Below, in pieces: positions 51,232 to 64,000 of a DNA stretch of 64,000 nucleotides (position 1 is its first letter; each line of letters begins with the position of its first letter). A model generated the notes under the pieces. The model had not been told where the DNA came from, did not search any database, and saw only the letters and a list, made by a program, of their open reading frames with translations. The position numbers and the translations under genes were made by a program. Source of the DNA: Octopus sinensis (taxonomy: Eukaryota); NCBI RefSeq assembly GCF_006345805.1, contig NC_042997.1, forward strand, positions 153,512,001-153,576,000, read 5' to 3'.

Positions 51232-52828
51232 TTTTTTGCCTTTTTTACCTTTGAATTGTGTTTTAATATCAATTACATTAATCTAGTAATACAGGGTTAC
51301 AATAACTTTTACATAGACTGTACGTAAATTTAAAATTAACTCCTGCAATTATATATACTCTACGTCAGTATTGAGCATTCTATATTATTGACATATATTT
51401 TAGTAAACGTACATAGACACACGTATATCTTTCAACACAGTTTTTATTAAAGGAGAGATACACTACAGTCTTAGGTATACTATATATAAAAAGTAAAACT
51501 AAAGGAAACGACGATAAAGTCAGTTCTTGAAGGTCTTTGATCGTAGTCTGCATGATAAGAGTTGATATAAAACTGAACAACAACATGAATTTGTACTTTG
51601 CTGAATAGTTTATATATATATATGCAAAAAAAAAAGAAAAACATTTTGATTGATTGACGTGTTGAAAAGTCCAGGACAAAGACTTGGAGATATGTTCCTG
51701 AATGCTTTTCAAATAATTCTTTCTTAAAGAAATGAAACAGAAAGAAGAGAGAAAGCGGGAGAGATACTTTGCAAACTTTTGACCACACAGTCAGCTATAT
51801 TCTTCGTCATTTAAAAATAGAATTTTGTCATAAAAAGAGTAGTAATAAAGTCTTCGATATCAATAACGCCGTGATATATTTTATAGATCATCAACACGAA
51901 TTCTTTTAAACACCCCCCCCCCACACACACACACACACGCACAAAGAAACTCCTGTCCAATAAACTCGTGATCATTCGTCCCATATTCTAAAACAAAAAC
52001 AAAAAAAATGCTAAAAATATACATTCTACTATAAAAATTAAGTACAAAAACACGGCTATTAATGTCCACATTTCAGAGAGTAAGGTAGATTGATATATAT
52101 ATATATATATATATGTAAATAGCTAGATGTACACACGTTTGTTTCACTGTATATACATACATATATTAATTTCCTTAGTACATTTAATTATTTCCTATGT
52201 ATTTCTGTCTTTACCAAGGGAACTTTCTGCAACTGAAAGCAAGAAATACTTCACATACACTTGAGAAAACACGTTCACTCAGAGTACATTTTTATTTATT
52301 TATTTCTAAAGGAAATACAAATCAATTTCCAGTACTGCTATTACCTCCATTACCCACATTGCCACTACTACCACCGCTATCAACATTAGCACTTCCTCTA
52401 ACACCAATAAGACTGATAATAGTTTATTAGTGTCTCAAAAGATATCTTTTTGCCGTTTATGGTAGCCTCTGTCGAAATACATTCATATACATTCATACAT
52501 ATATATATTTGAATGTTTATTTTTCACTTTCTTACTTCTCAATCTTATTCTTGACTGTTGCTATTTCTGTTTAAACCTTAACAACTAACATTTTTTTTGC
52601 ATTATTTGCGTTATTTATATACAGTAAGTCGGGCAGCATATTTAATTATTTACGATTTTGAAAATTCTAAATTGAACAAGTTGTTGTCTATGTAAAGAAA
52701 AATAACTTTAATTGCAGGAGTTAATTTTAAATTTACGTACAGTCTATGTAAAAGTTATTGTAACCCTGTATTACTAGATTAATGTAATTGATATTAAAAC
52801 ACAATTCAAAAGTAAAAAAGGCAAAAAA
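51232..52828. repeat. 120-bp inverted repeat pair (1 mismatch) enclosing 1357 bp
   Basis: 51232-51351 is the reverse complement of 52709-52828 except C51249 opposite A52811. Confidence 0.97.
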
Positions 52829-53864
52829 TAAGCAACAAGGATATCACGAGGTAATGCAGTACGATCGTTTCCCGCAACTCTATTTAATTGAACAATGCAA
52901 CCATTACATCAATTTAAATGCAGAGCAATCCTCAGCTACACAAAGACGTAGAATTTAATTAAATTAAAACAGATGGACACATTAGTATAATTTTGCTTAA
53001 AATCTCCAAGAAGTTAAGGAGATAGACAAAGAACATTGTTGCCCTTCCTTCCGCTTAGAAGCTATCTTGATTCTAATCACTTTATTTTGAAATTGTATGG
53101 ATAATACCATACTAAATTTTGGTGCCTCAACTACCATATTCCTCTGAATCTAAATTTTTGCTGATCACATATACCATACCCAAACGGTGGGTGCGCGCGC
53201 GCATGTGTGTGTGTGATTATGTTTCCTTTTTCGTTGTTGCTGCTTTGTCTTATACGAGCCGTTCCATGTCTCGGACAGAGACGTCAGGAAACAGTAAGTT
53301 AGGCGTTATACTACAGGCGTTACTTACGACAAGCAATGATATATTTCAGGAAAAAAGCAACTAAATACTGAGAATTATCAGGCTGACAGCGAAGGATGAG
53401 GGCTGTATCCTTAAAAACAATTATCTGTAACTAAATGAAATATAAAGAAAATATTTGCACAAATATGTTGAAAGGGGAACAGATAACCCTAGTTGCTAAA
53501 AGAACACATTAGAAAAGCGTCGCATATTCATAGCCTGTAGACTCTTCAACGATTACATATAAAGTCAAGACGAAGCTTTCGCTATTGATCAAACAAAATA
53601 TTACGAGTTACAATTAGTTACTTATTTCATTGTCCACTCACACACACGTATATATAACTAAATAATAATATATATATAATTATTTAGTTTCCATTATACA
53701 CACATATTCTGGCACCTATAACAGATCAGACGTTTATCGTCTACTACGATCTGCGCCTATATGATACGTTCTCACGCGGCCAATAACGCATTATTGGTGC
53801 TCTAAAATTATATCCATGTTACGTTGGATATAAAGATTGCCTTCTGGTACTAATACTGCTTAAG

Positions 53865-53867
<3 letters not shown>

Positions 53868-53922
<55 letters not shown>

Positions 53923-54044
53923 CGTATATATATATATATGTATATATGTATGTTTATATATATATATATATCTATATATGTATGTTTATATATATATATA
54001 TGTATATATGTATGTTTATATATATATGTATATATATGTATGTT

Positions 54045-54077
<33 letters not shown>

Positions 54078-54086
54078 TTATATATA

Positions 54087-54117
<31 letters not shown>

Positions 54118-54291
54118 ATGTATGTATATATATTATGTATGTATATATATGTATGTATATATGTACATATATGTATATATATATATGTATGTATATATAT
54201 ATGTGTGTGTGTATATATATATATATATGCATATACATGTATGTATGTATATATGTATGTATATATGTATATATATATGTGTATATATATA

Positions 54292-54340
<49 letters not shown>

Positions 54341-54363
54341 GTGTGTGTGTGTATATGTGTAGA

Positions 54364-54402
<39 letters not shown>

Positions 54403-54495
54403 GTATGAGTATGTATATACGTATGTATATTGACATATATGTAGATATATGTATATACATATGTATATATATATATATATATATATGTATTTTAC
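53868..54495. repeat. Compound (TA)/(TATG)/(TG) microsatellite field
   Basis: Direct reading. Source of the long I/Y/C/V ORFs. Confidence 0.97.
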
Positions 54496-55183
54496 ACATA
54501 TTTATTTATATTAAGGGCATTACTATACATAAATGCCTCACGCTAGGAGGGACTCTAATGTCAAAAGTACCATAGTAAATAAACACATTGTACCGAATAC
54601 GTGGGAATGCAACTCTCGAAGCGAGCATTTTAAAAACAGAATTCAGCTGCATATCATATGATTTCATAATCAGTGCACAAAATGCACTTTTTAATCTTCA
54701 GTGCAAGCATACTTCAAGATACATATGTATTTGATGCAATGTACATGTATTGACAACACTCCTAGTAGTATGTCTTAAATTGAACATTTAGCCACACACA
54801 CACACACACTGTAAAAACATTGTTACTGATCTCTCTACATCTCACTAGAATATGTAACTCCTACAGGAACAATTTTTATTTTTAAATAACTACTTTAAAC
54901 TATATTGATACAGTGTATCTCTTCTCACCCTCCACTACAAAATCAAATATTCTCTGTGCTACCGCAAATTTGTTCAAATCAAAATATATTTCTATCTCAG
55001 ACGAAACGTCAGATTCCTTTGCTCCCCACGGCATGCGAACTTAACAAAACTCATAAACATGACTGATTTTTCCCCCGATGCAAAGTTATATATACAGATG
55101 TGTTTGTGTGTGTGTGTGTGTGTGTATGTGTGTGTGTTTGTGTGTGTGTATGTGTGCATGTGTAAACACACACACACGCTCGC

Positions 55184-56350
55184 ACGAGGGGTGTACTGAA
55201 TGTAATGCAAAAATGGCGGCATTATAACTGACACATGTCGTTCAATTGCACATGAAGCTTTTTCTATATAGTAATTTTTCTTCCTGCGTTCCTTCATGGC
55301 AAGCAAGTGATGGGTTCTATGCAGCAGAGCGTACCGTCATAGACTTCCTGAGAAAGTAGGAGTGCAGGTTGTCCAACATCCACAGAAGAAAGCAGGACAA
55401 CGACAGAGATGATACGATTTGCAAGAACAATGCACACTGCTGGATGAAGTTTACAGAAGGAAAAAACCAGCATTGAAGATAAACTGCATTTCTCGTAACC
55501 ATCAACAGTGATCAGTGACACGAATCTCCTGCGAGTGGATGAATTGATTCAAGCTGACAGACGAGTCACAATTTGTGAACTTGTTGCAGAACAGGATTGT
55601 GGTTATACTGCTTTACAGATGACGGAAAACTTTGTATATTGGAAAGTGTGTGCATGTAAGTACCTCGGAAGTTGACTCACGATTTGAACGAGCGAAAGGT
55701 ACAAATCAGTTCTGATCCGGCGGAAGTGTTTTGAAGTCAGTGAGTACGCATAATTCCAATAGGGTGACAGGGGATGAAATGTCGGTGTATCTTTATCACC
55801 CAGAATGACATCTCACCGCTTCACAATGGACTAAGAAATTCAAAAGTCAGCGATCAGCGTAGAAAGTGAAGATAACGGTTTCTTGTGGTGACAATTGTGT
55901 CATTCTATTTGATTTTCTGGAAAGTAGCCATAACGCGAACAGTGAGTGGTGCACTGAGACACTCAAAAGTTTAGGGATCCTATAACGAGTGAGAGAATAA
56001 ACCGACCTACACTCAGTAAGGCAATGTGCGACCAAACACATCTTTGACAATAAATCAGGCAATCAGAACATTGGGTTAGTCAGATGCCCCTATACATCGT
56101 ACAAACTGGATATGCCTCCCTCTGGTTTCTACCTGCTCAATCCAGTGAAAGTCTTCGGGGATGATAAAGACACGGTAAAAGGCTCCATGACAGAATAGGT
56201 ACAAAGATACATACCTTAATTTTCCGTAGAAGATTTGAGAACTGGCTTCAACAATTGTAACAGATGCTTCATTTGATGGAGCCTACGGTGAGTGGAATCT
56301 TTGTGTAAACGAAGAGTTAACTCTACTAATATGTGGAATTTCAACGAACA
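55184..56350 (+). mobile_element. Near full-length decayed mariner transposon
   Basis: TIR-like ACGAGGGGTGTACTGAATGTAATGC, then RVDELIQADRRVTICEL, RVTGDEMSVYLYHPE (VTGDE), GNVRPNT (DNARPH) and SYKLDMPPSGFYL (YSPDLAPSDF) in order, with stops and frameshifts. Confidence 0.88.
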
Positions 56351-56578
56351 ACTCAGTTAATAAATAGTCATGCCTACTTTTGCATTTGTTTTGGTACAAC
56401 CCCGTGCGTGTACATGTGTGTCTTCATATGTATATGGATACATAATATATGTGTACGTATGTGTGTGTGTATTTATATAAAAATTTGTACATGTATGTGA
56501 AATATACAAATACATAGTTAGATAATAAGAATAACAGTTCAAAGCTATATATGTGTACGCAGATACGCACACATGCAT

Positions 56579-56612
<34 letters not shown>

Positions 56613-56755
56613 ATATAATATATATATATATATATAATATATATATATATATAATGTATATGATTATTTTTGAATCTTTGTCTGAAGAATCGTGGATAGA
56701 GATTATATACATTTGAAAAACGTATTCGAATAATTTATAATTTGAATAACATATA

Positions 56756-57389
56756 AAAGGTCTAATCAATAAGTATCCTGTCTGTTACCATAGTAACGAA
56801 GGTAGAGCACGTAGTCTAAAGCCGCTTGGCACAGATTGACCTTGCACTATGCTGTGCATGCGCACTAAGATTTAACGTTCTAGATTATTTCCACTATTTA
56901 CCGCATTGCTTGGAAGGAATGTGTGTAGCGCGTGATCGTCACACTGACCATGACAGAAAAAGGTTAATTCGACGCTTTTCCCACACAGCTGCACACACAT
57001 CTGCGTTCATTTTCTCAGTGCTGCTGGTTGTGGGTCTGCCGAAACGTTCGTCAATATCGACATTTTATCGGCCATCTTGTAAATGTGTGAACCACTCGTA
57101 CACTTGTGTGCGGCTCATATACTCCGCTCCATAAATTTTCTGTAACTTTGCGTAGGCCTCTGAGCAGGTATCACTATAACAACTGTCTCTGCCATGGCCA
57201 ATGCGACGATCACACGATACACATCTTCCTTCCAAGCACTGCTGTAAAAATCGGAAATGAGTTACCTCGTTAAAATTTAATGCACATGCACGGTAGGACT
57301 CAAGGTCAGTCTGTGCCAAGCGGTTTCACTCTCCATGCTTTAGCTTCGTTACTATAGCAACATTCCGGATACTTATTGATCAGACCACG
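56756..57389. mobile_element. Mariner-derived MITE with ~200-bp imperfect inverted arms
   Basis: GGTCT(A/G)ATCAATAAGTATCC at both ends with flanking TA. The arms give matching pseudo-ORFs (MAQIDL.../MAQTDL...). The core encodes a mariner HTH remnant on the minus strand (YGAEYMSRTQVYEWF...DGR). Confidence 0.88.
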
Positions 57390-57391
57390 TA

Positions 57392-57802
57392 TACTCTTTA
57401 CTCTTTTACTCTTTTACTTGTTTCAGTCATTTGACTGCGGCCATGCTGGAGCACCGCCTTTAGTCGAGCAAATCGACCCCGGGACTTATTCTTTGTAAGC
57501 CCAGTACTTATTCTATTGGTCTCTTTTGCCGAACCGCTAAGTGACGGGGACGTAAACACACCAGCATCAGTTGTCAAGCAATGCTAGGGGGACAAACACA
57601 GACACACAAACACACACACATACATATATATATATACATATATACGACAGGCTTCTTTCAGTTTCCGTCTACCAAATCCACTCACAAGGCATTGGTCGGC
57701 CCAGGGCTATAGCAGAAGACACTTGCCCAAGATGCCACGCAGTGGGACTGAACCCGGAACCATGTGGTTGGTTAGCAAGCTACTTACCACACAGCCACTC
57801 CT
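57392..57802 (-). mobile_element. Full-length, young-looking SINE, group 2
   Basis: Complete head, GGGTTCAGTCCC box, CORE-like segment and (AGTAAAAG)n tail on the minus strand. Confidence 0.93.
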
Positions 57803-58619
57803 ATATACACAAACATATATATTATATTATAATGTGAAGAATTACGGATAGATTATATACATTTTACTACATGTTCACAATTTGTAACTGTATAGAAACA
57901 CGTATTACATGGAATTAAAAATATATCAAATTGTTTCAATCTTTTGTGTTGATATGCTATTACTCTACAAATAGAATTCACTAGAAATTTAAATTGCTTT
58001 ATATATCTCATCTGCTATAAAACATATTTTTACATGCATTTGATTAATGTGAAACTGCAGATGTGATTCACGAGAACACAGCTTGGATTATAACCCTTTA
58101 TATATGCGTAATGTACTTCAATCGTTTTGGCCAGTAATGGCCCAAGTCACTTCTACCATATGAGCATCACCTGCCAAACGTCTTAGGGTTATGATTAGGT
58201 CGTTTTGTGTCACTATAACCAAGTAAGGAATTTTTGGTCGAAATGTTTCCTGTTCTATGTGGGGGGGGGGGTTCTGGCATTCCTGGAAGTGATTTATCCT
58301 GGTACTGTTTGAAGGTAATGGGGATCTTTCTTCCTTGTTTTGTGTAGTTTTAATGTCAAATAGAGCCCAACTAGTTCAGGGTAAATAGTTTTGTCACAAT
58401 GTTTATATGCGGCAAGTCTGATTTATGTAAAGAGTGAATGGTGCGAGATCCCAGCCTCGGGTGATTTTAAAACTTGATGATAAGACCATTTGGGTATTGC
58501 TATTTGGACATAATCTACATTGTGCCGGTAACGTAGCGATAGTAGTGAAGTTCGAAGGAATAGAGTTTAGTGTGTAATGATGCAATCCCAATAATGAAAG
58601 ACGTCATTCTTTATATATA

Positions 58620-58900
58620 TATCTTTAATAGCTCCCTAAAGTGCGTCAATTCTCATTATATATTCTATGGTGAGAAGAGAATACAGAGTGCGACAATATT
58701 CCAGATGTGCTCGTAAAAAAGAAAATAGAGCTATTGATATTTGGCTCTCTCAACCACAAAGTAAAGTAGATCCAGGAGCTTGTCTTATCTTGAGAGCCGT
58801 ATCAATGTTATATTTGATCTGGCTTAATATCTAAAGTTCTCGTCAATTACTCCTATGTCTCTGTTGAGATTAGAGAGGTAGATATCGTAAATTCGATACT
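58620..58900 (-). mobile_element. Ancient CR1/L2-like LINE remnant
   Basis: Minus translation RDIGVIDENF (cf. DLGV-x2-D-x2-L-x-F) followed by RAHLEYC (cf. RPHLEYC). Confidence 0.5.
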
Positions 58901-59099
58901 GTTTCTTTTTCCCCAACTGCTACACTTTTACTTCTCTTTGGAAGAGGGTATTGTTCTACCTGAAGCGTTAGACCCAATTCTGCTTTTTCTAGTGACATAT
59001 TAATTTTCATTGCACATATTTTTTATTACTTTTGTTTCGTTTCATATTTTTCTGTCCACTTTGCCTCACAATCTTCCTCGTTTTACTTGTTTCTTTACC

Positions 59100-59131
<32 letters not shown>

Positions 59132-59175
59132 CGTGTGGTATCGTATTTTTCTGATCTGGAATTTTTTTAAATGCT

Positions 59176-59239
<64 letters not shown>

Positions 59240-59267
59240 ATATTTATTTATTTATTTATTTATTTAA

Positions 59268-59498
59268 GGCGGCGAGCTGGCAGAAACGTTAGCACGCCGG
59301 GCAAAATGCATAGCCGTATTTTGTCTGTCGTTATGTTCTGAGTTCAAATTCCGCCGAGGTCGACTTTGCCTTTCATCCTTTCGGGGTCGATAAATTAAGT
59401 ACCCGTTACGCACTGGGGTCGATATAATCGACCTAATCCCTTTGTCTGTCCTTGTTTGTCCCCTCTGTGTTTAGCCCCTTGTTGGTAGTAAAGAAATA
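59268..59498 (+). mobile_element. SINE, group 1
   Basis: Near-identical to 3799-4032. Confidence 0.92.
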
Positions 59499-60072
59499 TA
59501 TATATTTATATCAAAAAATTGATTAACCCTAGACGTTTAATCCTAATTATCATCAAATTTTCATCAAAGCAGTATCAGTAGTAAATGTTAAAATAGAACG
59601 TCCCTGTGTTAGTATAAACGCGTTTCTTAGCTAAAACTCATAGCACAGAGATAGTTGAGGAAAGCTCGCATCACTGATGGATTTTCAAGAATTCACTGCA
59701 AAGACAAAAGTGCACCGCTTTATCTACTTCCTGTTTTGTATGTATATGAGTTAGAACCTTATTGGGCGCGTAAAAACTTTTTAATGCTGTTCATTTTATG
59801 TTATGTATACTTACACACACATACACCCATATGTCTGTGCGTAAATGTTCGTATGTGTTTCTAATGTAAATGTCTGAGTGATGGTTGAGACGTAACAGAG
59901 TTTGTAGACACTTACAGTTTTCAGCTTGTTTGTTTTGTCTCGCTTTCATTAACGTGTGTCTGTGCGTGCATGCGTGCGTGTGTGGGGGTGAATGCGTATG
60001 TATACGTACGTACGTGTACGAATATATATATATGTATAACTCACGTATTCATTTTGCTGTATGTTCTTTCAG

Positions 60073-60167
60073 CCGCATATGCGAAATTTGGAATTGCTAT
60101 ACGAGATTGGCTATGGACTTTCGTTGGTATCTTTGTCGATTGCTGTTGTCATTATGGTCTATTTTAG
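60073..60167 (+). CDS. Coding exon of the same class B1 GPCR, TM1: PHMRNLELLYEIGYGLSLVSLSIAVVIMVYF(R)
   Basis: TTCTTTCAG acceptor with no AG in the preceding ~60 nt and AG|GTAAGT donor at 60168. 95 nt, phase 0 to phase 2. The GY-x-[LV]SL-x-SL-x-[IV]A...YF(R) pattern is typical class B TM1, ending at the usual phase-2 intron before ICL1. Confidence 0.93.
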
Positions 60168-60746
60168 GTAAGTATTCTTCAAATTTATTGACATTTTCTC
60201 CATATGTAAAAGTGCAGCGTGTATGAACTCTCTTCCCCTTCCTCTCTCTCTCTCTCTCTCCTTCTCCCTTTCTTCCTCTGTCTCACTCACACTTGTAGCA
60301 ACAAATGTCGCCCACATTTTCCTAATACTAATTTGTAAGCATTTATTAGCATCACATATCACAAACTATTCAACAAAAGCAATACAAAAATTAGCTACAA
60401 ATGCATAAGAATACCACACAATTACTAAACAATAACATGCCAAAGAACACGTAGCACGCTACCGCTAGCCCATGAAACCTCACAGGAACAAGGATATGTC
60501 TGTTGTATGGTAACTTTACAAATAAGTATTGTCTGTAATACAAGAGTAGCACAAGTAATTATTACATCGGCACCACTAATGAAGCTTTTAAAAATAGATA
60601 CTCACTGCACACAGATATACAGTCTTGAAATTATCCAAAACAAATGTTACGTCCCTAAATACATTTGGAATAAAATGAAATAAGAGCGAGCTATATGTTT
60701 TGAATCACTGATCAAAATAATACATATATATATATATATATATATA

Positions 60747-60915
60747 CCCGACGGGCTTCTTTCAGTCTCCGTCAACCAAATCTACTCACAAGACTTTGGT
60801 CAACTCAATACTATAGTAGTAGACACTTTGCCGAAGGTGCCATGCAGTAGAACTGAACCCAGAACCATATGGTTGAGAAGGAAATTTTTTACCTTAAAGC
60901 CACGCCTACGCCTAC
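60747..60915 (-). mobile_element. SINE, group 2, 5' half
   Basis: Reverse complement of head and core, stopping at a TA tract. Confidence 0.85.
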
Positions 60916-61042
60916 AGGATAGCATCCCAACGACTTCAACCTATAAACTGATATGCAAGAAAGCTCAAACGAGACCCACAAAGGAATATCCTTCTAACAT
61001 CTGGAACAGTGTTGCTTCTGCGTCTACAAAAGACTTCCCGAG

Positions 61043-61140
61043 AAATTGGCATATGGTCACTTACAAATTGGCATAAGGTCACTTACAGACAAATTGGCAT
61101 AAGGTCACTTCCCGACAAATTGGCATAAGGTCACTTACAG
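61043..61140. repeat. Minisatellite, 4 copies of a 22-26 bp unit (core AAATTGGCATAAGGTCACTT)
   Basis: Units start at 61043, 61065, 61091 and 61117. Confidence 0.95.
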
Positions 61141-61329
61141 CTTCTTGTCCATAGGCATGATGTCTTTCTCTTCTGCCTTTTCTACTGAACAATGACGGCT
61201 TGTGTTCCTCGGAGCTAAAGGAGCTCATGCTACCTCCACTCATGGTTGATGTAGTCGATTGGTTCTCTTTCCCAAAATTTCAGGTCTTGTGCCTGTAGAA
61301 AAAAAATTATTATTTCGATCCTCCTCTTC

Positions 61330-62410
61330 AGAGTCAAGCTGTTGCTATATAGATTCAACCTCTTCGCGATAAATCTGTTTCAGATTGTTGATGGACAATT
61401 CTACGCTTCTTGACCAAGTCATTTATATCCCCTTAGTTCCCTTCTACACCCATATAATTATTCAGACCTGCAATTTCTTCAACAACAGCTTCAATCTCAG
61501 ACAATTCAAAGTCCATTGAACAAAAATCAAGCAAGTATACTTTCCAAGAAAAGTGATTTCGATATGAAATAGAGAAATCTTTATACAAAACTCTTTTAAT
61601 GTCAAGTCCCCAGAAGTCGCTTCAAAACAGGCTCTTTTTATAAAATCTTTTATCACGTTATAATTCATATGGTGCAGCAGAGAAGGCAGTAAATGAACTT
61701 CGAAAAACATCAAACTCGTGTAGCATTTGACTCTTAAGATCATGAGTGTGTTCTGGAACATTGTCCAAAATAACACATTACTGAGCCACGTAATAAATTC
61801 CTGATAACTCAGGCTCTCTAGATGAAAGCTCGCTATTACACCAAGTTTGTTTTTGCTGATATTCTTAATGGCCCAGACGTTCTCTGAAAAGTACATCAGG
61901 AGTGGGTTCACCTCGAAATATTCTGAGGCATGAACGGAGAAAAATAAGGTTTCCCAATCTTTCGTAGGCTTATGTCTAAACTGTCTGGTCTCCCCTGGCT
62001 ATTATTTCTTTTCTAAACATGAAAAAGGCGAGTGTCATCACAATTTAAGACCTGCTGGGAACATAAATTACTCTTCTCCACAAGCCCAATAAAACACGTC
62101 GCCGCGCAAGAAGCATAACGCCAAAGTTACTCTTAAAGACACTTAGATTTTCACAAATACTTCTTTTCATTGACTCTCCAGTTAATTGTTTTCCTTTTAT
62201 CCACACAATAAAGAGACTTACCATTTCATCTGCGTATGAGACGTAAGTTTTATTATACCTGAACATAGCTTTGGTCACCAATATACGTTGTAGTTTGTCT
62301 TTTGTTTTTAAAATGATTCAGATCGCTGATTTGGCTAGATCACTAGAATTGATGTCAAGTTCTCTCTTAGGAAAATTCTCTTTCTTCAGTTCTATTGTGC
62401 AGGCTTTGCT
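61330..62410 (-). mobile_element. Decayed pogo/Tigger-family transposase
   Basis: Minus strand in order: TIELKKE...IILKTK (psq HTH), EMVSLFIVWI (CENP-B HTH), QQVLNCDDTRLF (NxDETG), HKPTKD, NPLLMY.SEN, LDNVPEH (LDNAPGH), VIKDF...CFEAT...LTLKEF. Confidence 0.88.
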
Positions 62411-62602
62411 TTCAGAAAATGAACATTTTTAGAAAAACATGAAACACTACTCTGATCTTCAGACAAATCTTGATTTTCCTTCAAAAAATTCCATTGGTTC
62501 TGTTCCAAATGAAATTACAGTGCACATTCGAGGAAACACTCTTGACAGAATAGTTACACTTATCCGTGTAATAAACGTTTTCGTTACATTTATTTTTTTT
62601 AT

Positions 62603-62747
62603 AGGCGTGGTTGTGTGTTAAGAAGTTTACTTCCTAGCCACATGGTTTCGGGTTCAGTCCCACAGTGTAGCACCTTAATCAAGTACCTTTGGCTCGACCA
62701 GACCCTTGTGAGTGGATTTCATAGACGGAAACTGAAAGAATTCCACC

Positions 62748-62750
<3 letters not shown>
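62603..62750 (+). mobile_element. SINE, group 2, 5' half
   Basis: GGCGTGGTTGTGTG head, GGGTTCAGTCCC, and GACGGAAACTGAAAGAA followed by (GT)n. Confidence 0.85.
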
Positions 62751-62778
<28 letters not shown>

Positions 62779-64000
62779 CGTGTGTGTGTGTGTGTGTGGT
62801 GTGTGTGTGTGTGATTCCCGGCGCGAATCATGCAACTCTTTTCCAATATTCAGACAGCTTCCCGTCTACCATATCAGCTAGCTTTCTTTCCAGCTACAAC
62901 TTTAATCTTTATGCTTTCTATGTATTGTTCACCAATACACAGAACTGTTCCCGACAAGAAAGATGACATAAAAATGGCCATATTTGGCCTGAACATTCCA
63001 GGGTTTCTGACTGAATCACAACTTTGATATACTTGTATCTACATTTGTTGCCTATCGAAAGAGCTATTACAATTATATTTAAAATGGAAAACATACGTGA
63101 AAGCCTGCTATTATTTTAATTAATTACGATTTTAAACTAAAATAAATCTAATTCTCATCAACAGTTATTAGTTTTCACATATATGTAGTGATCATTTTAT
63201 ACTTAATATTTCGGTTTAGAAATATTAATATTAATATTAATATCTTTAGAAAGATTAATATTATGTTATAAGTGCAGTTGACAAATTTGAATAAATTATC
63301 TGATATGTCCTCCGCAGAGAAGTGTAAATTTCGCTTACAAGCCAAAGTGCTGAGAAATTTAGTAAAGAGTTATATATGTTATTATGCTATATATATATAT
63401 ATATATAAAGAAAACTAGTAAAATATTGTAAGCGTCGACAAAACCAGGCAATTTACCTCCCCTTTGAGAATCTTCAACCTCGTTCCTGGTGTGCTTCTTT
63501 ATATCATATTGACATCAATGGAGTTTTGTTAATTTTCTTTTATTCGTGCACATCTGTCCATAAACTTCATATCAAAATACAACAAGAAGAACCTTTATTT
63601 GTAAATGTACAATGTTTACTGCGTCTCCAGCAAATACAAAATTAAGAATTTATCGTATGCATCAGTGAAATTAAGCATAATATTTTATTTTCTTTCACTT
63701 TTGAATGATTAAATATGATTCATAAATAAATATACAGCCATTAAACCTTGAATATACACTGACCTTTGATGTAATATGAAATGTTAGGGTTAATCTTCCA
63801 CTTAAGTTTTGTGATAAATAAACTGAACATTAGAAATACAACAGTTTTATCATTATAGACAGTTTTCCCTTTTTGTGTAGCTGTGCCAGAAATATTTCCC
63901 TAACCATCTCCGAAACTAACAGATTGATATATTATCTATTTATTTATTTTTTGAATGTACCGATTCAACTCATTTGGACGCAGTGTGACTGAATAGTTAA

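Noticed and set aside
53281-53293. 13-nt candidate microexon (ACGTCAGGAAACA|GTAAGT) that would restore the GPCR frame
   Set aside because: Its acceptor has no adjacent pyrimidine tract, and stronger upstream AGs (53257-53258, 53277-53278) give the wrong phase. Not supportable without cDNA.
53904-54575. Long ORFs rich in I/Y/C/V/M (also 6251-6675, 23853-24324, 27907-28718, 40152-40682, 42508-43016)
   Set aside because: They are translations of (TA)n, (TATG)n, (AGAT)n and (CA)n tracts that lack stop codons by composition.
58403-58591. ORF with ITRGWDLAPFTLYINQ resembling the LINE RT PQG motif
   Set aside because: Similarity is too weak, and its position relative to the neighbouring LINE remnant is not collinear.

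Overview
AT-rich, microsatellite-dense eukaryotic DNA. The SINE families look like those of a coleoid cephalopod (Octopus-like; inferred, not verified by search). Three spliced coding exons on the + strand (7981-8088, 46783-46900, 60073-60167), all missed by the ORF track, encode the hormone-binding ectodomain and TM1 of a secretin-family (class B1) GPCR, most like invertebrate PTH-receptor-like proteins. They are separated by introns of 38.7 kb and 13.2 kb. As written, the second and third exons are out of phase by one base. The introns are filled with three groups of tRNA-derived SINEs, decayed mariner, pogo/Tigger and hAT transposons, CR1-type and R4-type LINE fragments, and a decayed Penelope-like element (RT plus GIY-YIG). 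Many Penelope-type terminal-repeat fragments abut (TA)n tracts. At least four unrelated terminal-repeat families carry minimal type I hammerhead ribozyme folds: one fully canonical (12046-12131, minus strand) and several with core variants (U4C, G3-U8, an extra nucleotide after A9). There are also many long, near-perfect inverted repeats. Almost all ORFs in the supplied track are microsatellite artefacts or transposon debris.
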